From the NCBI GenBank assembly GCA_963824995.1, contig CAWGRK010000006.1, positions 442,273 through 506,272 on the forward strand: a DNA stretch of 64,000 bases, in the 5' to 3' direction. This DNA is from an uncultured Actinomycetes bacterium (lineage in GTDB: Bacteria; Actinomycetota; Acidimicrobiia; Spongiisociales; DATADW01). Numbering within the stretch: position 1 is the first letter of the stretch; each line of letters starts with the position of its first letter. The position numbers and the translations under genes are program-made. The notes under the pieces are model-generated. The model had not been told where the DNA came from. It worked only from the letters and a program-made list of their open reading frames with translations, and did not search any database. Of this stretch, positions 59,679 to 64,000 are shown in pieces.

Positions 59679-60502
59679 CGCTGACAGACCGGGCACCAAT
59701 GGGTGGACCGGTCGCGCAGCACCGCCCTCTCGATCGGGGTGCCGCAGCGCCGGCACGGTTCACCGGCCCGTCCGTACACGGCGAGCCGGTCGAGGTGCTC
59801 GCCCGCCCGGCCGTCGGGGAGCAGGTAGGCAAGGTCCCCCAAGCTGGTCCCTCCGTCGGCCAGCGCAGCCGCCACCACCGGGGGAATCGCCTCGACCAGG
59901 CGGGCGATGTCCTCCTCGTCGAGCGAGCCACCGGGGCGGTGGGGTTTGATCCCGGCGCGGAACAGCGCCTCGTCGGCATAGATGTTGCCCAGGCCGGCGA
60001 CGATCCGCTGGTCGAGCAGCAGGGGTTTGATCGGGGCGGTGCGGCCCTTCAGGCGTGCACCCAACTCGGCGGCGGTGAGCGGTTGCTCCCAGACGTCGGC
60101 CCCGAGGAGCCGCAACGGTGAGTCGGCAATCTCCTCGTCGGTGTAGACCGCGGTGAAACCGAAGGTCCGGGGATCGATCAACCGCAGCTCGACCCCGGTA
60201 TCGAAACCCACCACCAAATGGGTGTGCGGGGTGCGCTCGGAGTCAGGCGGATCGAGCGAGACCCGGCCCGACATCCCGAGGTGGATGACCCAGGTGAAGT
60301 CGCCGACGTCGATCATGAGGAACTTGCCCCGCCGTCCCACCTTCTCGACCCTCCGCCCCACCAGTCGATCGACCAGGTCGGCCGGGTTCGGTTGGCGTCT
60401 TGCGGTGCGGGGATGCCCGACCTCGACCGAGATGACGGTTGCCCCCTCGATGCCCTCGGTGAGGTGACGGCGCACCGTCTCCACTTCGGGAAGCTCAGGC
60501 AC
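59675..60502 (-). CDS. mutM: formamidopyrimidine-DNA glycosylase Fpg
   Basis: MPELPEVET, RRGKFL, HLGMSG, GLGNIYADE, CRRC..WCPVCQ. Confidence 0.97.
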   Translation of the reverse strand: MPELPEVETVRRHLTEGIEGATVISVEVGHPRTARRQPNPADLVDRLVGRRVEKVGRRGKFLMIDVGDFTWVIHLGMSGRVSLDPPDSERTPHTHLVVGFDTGVELRLIDPRTFGFTAVYTDEEIADSPLRLLGADVWEQPLTAAELGARLKGRTAPIKPLLLDQRIVAGLGNIYADEALFRAGIKPHRPGGSLDEEDIARLVEAIPPVVAAALADGGTSLGDLAYLLPDGRAGEHLDRLAVYGRAGEPCRRCGTPIERAVLRDRSTHWCPVCQR

Positions 60503-60511
60503 GTCCCGTGG

Positions 60512-61210
60512 TCACCCCTCCGCCTGGAGTGACTCCAGGGCGCGGCGGGCGGCCTCCTGCTCGGCCTCTTTCTTGGAATGGCCTTCGCCCACCCCCATCA
60601 CTCGGCCCTCCGCCCGGAGCCGGGCGCGGAAGCTGCGCCGGTGATCGGGTCCTTCCCCCTCCACCAGGTAGACCGGACGAGACCCGCGGCCCGCCAGCAC
60701 CTCCTGCACCCGGGTCTTGTAGTCGCGCCTCCCGGGTTCTGAAGCCCTCTCGGCCACGCGATCCGCCCATTGGCCCACGATGAAGCGGCGCGCCGCTTCG
60801 ATGCCCCCATCGAGGTAGAGGGCGGCGAGCAGCGCCTCCATCGTGTCGGCCAGGATCGACCCCTTCTTGCGCCCGCCGGAGGCGTCCTCGCCCCGCCCCA
60901 GAAGCAGGTGGTCACCCAGGCCGATCCCCATCGCCACCTCGGCGAGTTCATCGCGGTTGACGGTGGCGGCGCGCACCTTGGCCATCTCACCCTCCACCAG
61001 GTGCCGGTAGCGGGAAAGGAGCAGATCGCTGACCACTAGCGATAGAACGGCGTCGCCGAGGAACTCGAGCCTCTCATTGGACGCCTCTTCGGGATGCTCG
61101 GCGGTGTAGGAGCGGTGGACGAGGGCGCGGTGCAGCAGTTCAGCGTCGGCGAACCGGTGACCGAGGAGCGACTCGAGTGGGTGTCCTCCGGCCGGAGAAG
61201 GACTGCTCAC
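60512..61210 (-). CDS. rnc: ribonuclease III
   Basis: ALVHRSY, NERLEFLGDAVL, DTMEAL, dsRBD with SKKEAEQEAA. Confidence 0.97.
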   Translation of the reverse strand: MSSPSPAGGHPLESLLGHRFADAELLHRALVHRSYTAEHPEEASNERLEFLGDAVLSLVVSDLLLSRYRHLVEGEMAKVRAATVNRDELAEVAMGIGLGDHLLLGRGEDASGGRKKGSILADTMEALLAALYLDGGIEAARRFIVGQWADRVAERASEPGRRDYKTRVQEVLAGRGSRPVYLVEGEGPDHRRSFRARLRAEGRVMGVGEGHSKKEAEQEAARRALESLQAEG

Positions 61211-62181
61211 CGGGCGGCGAGCCGGGCCGCCACCCGCCCCACGAGATCCTGGTCGATGCCGTTGCGCGCCAGAGCAAGGGCGTTGACGATGGCGGTGCTG
61301 GAGGAAGAGCCGTGGGCAATCACCGCGACCCCTTTCAGCCCGACCAGATGGGCGCCGCCGGTCGACTCGGAGTCCGTCAGATGGCGCACGCGACGAAGTG
61401 CGGGGAGCACCGCTTGCAGGTGGGTCTGCTCCAAAGTCCCCAGTGCTTCCATCGCCAGACCAATCACCCAGAGAGCGGCCCCCTCGGCGGTCTTGAGCAA
61501 GACGTTCCCGGTGAACCCGTCGGTGACGATCACATCTGCCTTGCCGGACGCCAGGTCGCGGCCCTCGATGTTGCCCACGAAGTTGATGGGAGCGGCTTTC
61601 AACATGTTGAACGCCGTCTTCTCCAGGTCCCGCCCTTTTGCCTCCTCCTCGCCGATGTTGAGCAGCCCGACCCGGGGCGTGTCCAGGCCCACGTAGATCT
61701 CGGCCACTACCGAGCCCATCACCCCGAACTGGGCGAGATGGTCGGGCTTGACCTCGGTGTTGGCGCCCGTGTCGAGGACAACCGTGGCGTTCCCAGGCGT
61801 GGGGAAGATCGTGGCGAGGGCGGCCCTTTGCACACCCTTGGCCCGACCGATCACAACCGATGCCGCCGCCATGGCTGCGCCGGTGGAGCCAGCCGAGACA
61901 AAGCCGGCCGCCTCACCTTGACGAACGAGGCGGGCACACCGCACCACGGATGCGTCGGGCTTCTCTCGAACTCCCTTGCCAGCGTCCTCCCCCATGCCGA
62001 TCACCTCGGAGGCATGGACCACAGGGATGGTGGCACCGTGCTCGCCGAGAAGGTCCTTGCAGATGACCTCGTCGCCCACGAGGACGACGTCGATTCCGTC
62101 ATTGGCTGCCATGACGGCACCGGCGACGATCTCCTCAGGGGCGTTGTCGCCACCCATGGCGTCGAGAGCGATCCGCGCCAT
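61207..62181 (-). CDS. plsX: phosphate acyltransferase PlsX
   Basis: IALDAMGGDNAP, VSAGSTGA, VGLLNIGEE..KG, VTDGFTGN. Confidence 0.96.
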   Translation of the reverse strand: MARIALDAMGGDNAPEEIVAGAVMAANDGIDVVLVGDEVICKDLLGEHGATIPVVHASEVIGMGEDAGKGVREKPDASVVRCARLVRQGEAAGFVSAGSTGAAMAAASVVIGRAKGVQRAALATIFPTPGNATVVLDTGANTEVKPDHLAQFGVMGSVVAEIYVGLDTPRVGLLNIGEEEAKGRDLEKTAFNMLKAAPINFVGNIEGRDLASGKADVIVTDGFTGNVLLKTAEGAALWVIGLAMEALGTLEQTHLQAVLPALRRVRHLTDSESTGGAHLVGLKGVAVIAHGSSSSTAIVNALALARNGIDQDLVGRVAARLAAR

Positions 62182-62199
62182 CAGCCTGCCGTCACCGGA

Positions 62200-62379
62200 T
62201 CAGGCTCCGGTGTTGACGACCTCACGGCCGCGGTAAATGCCGCAGTTCCGGCAAGCGCGGTGGGGCTGCTTGGGTGCATGGCACTGGGGGCAGGTCGAGA
62301 GGCGGGGCTTGTGCAGCTTCCACTCGGCCTTCCGTCGCCGGGTGCGCATTCGCGACATCTTCTTCTTGGGCACCGCCAT
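62200..62379 (-). CDS. rpmF: 50S ribosomal protein L32 (59 aa; absent from the ORF track)
   Basis: Translated by hand: MAVPKKKMSRMRTRRRKAEWKLHKPRLSTCPQCHAPKQPHRACRNCGIYRGREVVNTGA. Confidence 0.97.
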   Translation of the reverse strand: MAVPKKKMSRMRTRRRKAEWKLHKPRLSTCPQCHAPKQPHRACRNCGIYRGREVVNTGA

Positions 62380-62420
62380 TGGTGCGTGCTCCCTCGACTA
62401 GTCGGTCGGTGAACCAGGAC

Positions 62421-62939
62421 TCATCGGTCCAGTAGCTGCCCGAGTGCTGAAAACGGCGACGTCGGATCGGGAGGCGATTCGTCGTCATGGCCCGAGCAGG
62501 GCTCCACATTCAAGTCGGTTCCGCACACAGGACAAAGTCCCGCGCAATCGGGCCGGCAAAGCGGCGTCATGGGCAGCGCCAGCACGGCCTCGTCGTGAAC
62601 CACTTCGGAGAGATCGATCGATCCGTCCGGTTGGATCGGGTCGGCCTCCTCATCGAGCCGATCGGCGAAGACATGGACGAACCGAGCCGGCAGCCGCGCC
62701 TCCCACTCGACGAGGCAACGGTTGCAGGTCAGGTGGACGGGGACATCCAGGTCGACCGTCGCAACGATCCCGTCGACCATCGCCTCGAGGACGCCGGTCA
62801 CGGTGACGGCACTGCTCACCCGGGCCGATTCCAGGGAGCCCTCGACCTCCGCTTCTGTCGAGATGTCGCGCCGGGCGCCGACGCGGTGGAGCAGGTCGCC
62901 CACGGAAAAGCGGAGTGGGGATATCGTCTCCACGGTCAC
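62421..62939 (-). CDS. yceD: DUF177/YceD family protein
   Basis: CNRCL, IDLSEVVHDEAVLALPMTPLCRPDCAGLCPVCG; upstream of rpmF. Confidence 0.92.
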   Translation of the reverse strand: MTVETISPLRFSVGDLLHRVGARRDISTEAEVEGSLESARVSSAVTVTGVLEAMVDGIVATVDLDVPVHLTCNRCLVEWEARLPARFVHVFADRLDEEADPIQPDGSIDLSEVVHDEAVLALPMTPLCRPDCAGLCPVCGTDLNVEPCSGHDDESPPDPTSPFSALGQLLDR

Positions 62940-63466
62940 TCCGGTACCTCGTCGACTTGCCGCGCCTCGTAAAGCTCGGCGCGGGCATCGCGCAACTGGT
63001 TGACGACACCGGTGAACACCGCATCGAGGCGGACGAACCAGCGGTCGATCTCGTCCTCGGCCTCGAGCCTGATCCGGCTCCCCTCGGCTTCCGCCTGACG
63101 GATCAGTGCGTTGGCCTCCTCCACCGCTTCGGCCATGATGCGCGACTGAGAGACCAACTCGTTGGCCCGAGCACGGGCCTTGTCCATGACGTCGCGGGCC
63201 TTCTCGTTGGTGCGGCCGATGAAGGCCTCGCGTTCCCGCACCATCCACCTGGCGGCCCTCATCTCGTCGGGGAGGTCCTGGCGGAGGCGCTCGAGGTGGG
63301 CGAGGAACTGCTCGCGGTCCACCAGGACGTTGCTCGACAGCGGGACCGTCCGGGCCTCCTGCAACGCCACGACCATCTCGTCGACGAGCTCCTGCAACTC
63401 CCCGACCGAGGCGATCGGCACCCGCTCCTCCTCTACTCCTTCCTCGATGAGTTCGTCGTCAACCAT
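62936..63466 (-). CDS. coiled-coil SepIVA/DivIVA-like protein
   Basis: EARTVPLSSNVLVDRE..LPDEMRAARW; conserved position between coaD and DUF177. Confidence 0.8.
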   Translation of the reverse strand: MVDDELIEEGVEEERVPIASVGELQELVDEMVVALQEARTVPLSSNVLVDREQFLAHLERLRQDLPDEMRAARWMVREREAFIGRTNEKARDVMDKARARANELVSQSRIMAEAVEEANALIRQAEAEGSRIRLEAEDEIDRWFVRLDAVFTGVVNQLRDARAELYEARQVDEVPE

Positions 63467-63938
63467 CGGCGAGCTTCTCCGCTAGAGCCTTGGCCACCAC
63501 GCCGGGAACCAGGTCCTCGATCGAACCGCCGAGGCGGGCGATCTCGCGTACCAGCGATGACGAGAGATATCCGTACTCGGGATTGGTGGCGATGAACACG
63601 GTGTCGAACCCCTCGAGGCGGAAGTTCATCTGAGCCATCTGCAGCTCATAGTCGAAATCGCTCATGGCTCGCAGTCCCTTGACGATCACGTCCGCGCCCC
63701 GATCCCGGGCGAACTGCACCAGGAGCCCTTCGAACGAGGCTACCTCCACGTTGGGGGTATCGGCGAGCACTTCCTCGAGGAGCAGCACCCTCTCCTCGGT
63801 GGTGAACAGGGCCGACTTCGACGGGTTGCGGACCACGGCGACGACCACCTGGTCGAAGATGCTGGCGGCGCGCTCGATCACGTCAGCGTGCCCATGGGTG
63901 GGCGGGTCGAAGCTCCCCGGGCAGAGGGCACGGGTCAA
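63459..63938 (-). CDS. coaD: pantetheine-phosphate adenylyltransferase
   Basis: PGSFDPPTHGH, KGLRAMSDFDYELQMA, LSSSLVREIA. Confidence 0.97.
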   Translation of the reverse strand: MTRALCPGSFDPPTHGHADVIERAASIFDQVVVAVVRNPSKSALFTTEERVLLLEEVLADTPNVEVASFEGLLVQFARDRGADVIVKGLRAMSDFDYELQMAQMNFRLEGFDTVFIATNPEYGYLSSSLVREIARLGGSIEDLVPGVVAKALAEKLADG

Positions 63939-64000
63939 GGGCAGGTCTCCCGGCTACCCGACCGGGTGGCCACATTTGAGATCCTCACGTCGTCTCCTTC

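Noticed and set aside
63939..64000. 3' end of rsmD, expected upstream of coaD
   Set aside because: Too little sequence to recognise

Overview
High-GC actinobacterial chromosome segment, most likely class Acidimicrobiia (inferred from plsX inside the rpmF-rnc cluster, Thr-rich lipoproteins, F420 genes and a DUF222-HNH gene). The backbone is the conserved minus-strand cluster coaD-sepIVA-like-yceD-rpmF-plsX-rnc-mutM-acyP // smc-ftsY // ffh-rpsP-khpA-rimM, split by two large blocks. Block 1 (~10.9-39.7 kb): ppc, nucleoside salvage (upp, pdp, punA, cdd), a heterodimeric ABC exporter, dapB, a form I CO dehydrogenase (coxMSL plus XdhC-YHS), a LacI/GH1/ABC beta-glucoside locus with CebR-like operators, etfBA and galK. 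Block 2 (~44.8-59.4 kb): ligC, an MFS transporter, an NrtR-regulated ADP-ribosylglycohydrolase-NADAR fusion coupled to a small Zn-finger gene, a DUF222-HNH gene with a LexA box and 12-bp flanking direct repeats, and small cargo genes. The left end carries F420 FO-synthase genes in an unusual layout (intact cofG, then cofH with an apparently decayed CofG-like N-terminus) and an RHH/HicB-like plus DUF4097 module with a TGACA repeat array. Many genes at 0-14, 29-30, 50-53.5 and ~57 kb, including ffh, have frameshifts that look like long-read indel errors, so coordinates there are reconstructed. I saw no rRNA, tRNA, CRISPR array, integrase or transposase. The best candidate for an undescribed system is the NrtR / ARH-NADAR / Zn-finger module (47163-49799). 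All calls come from reading motifs by eye; no database search was run.
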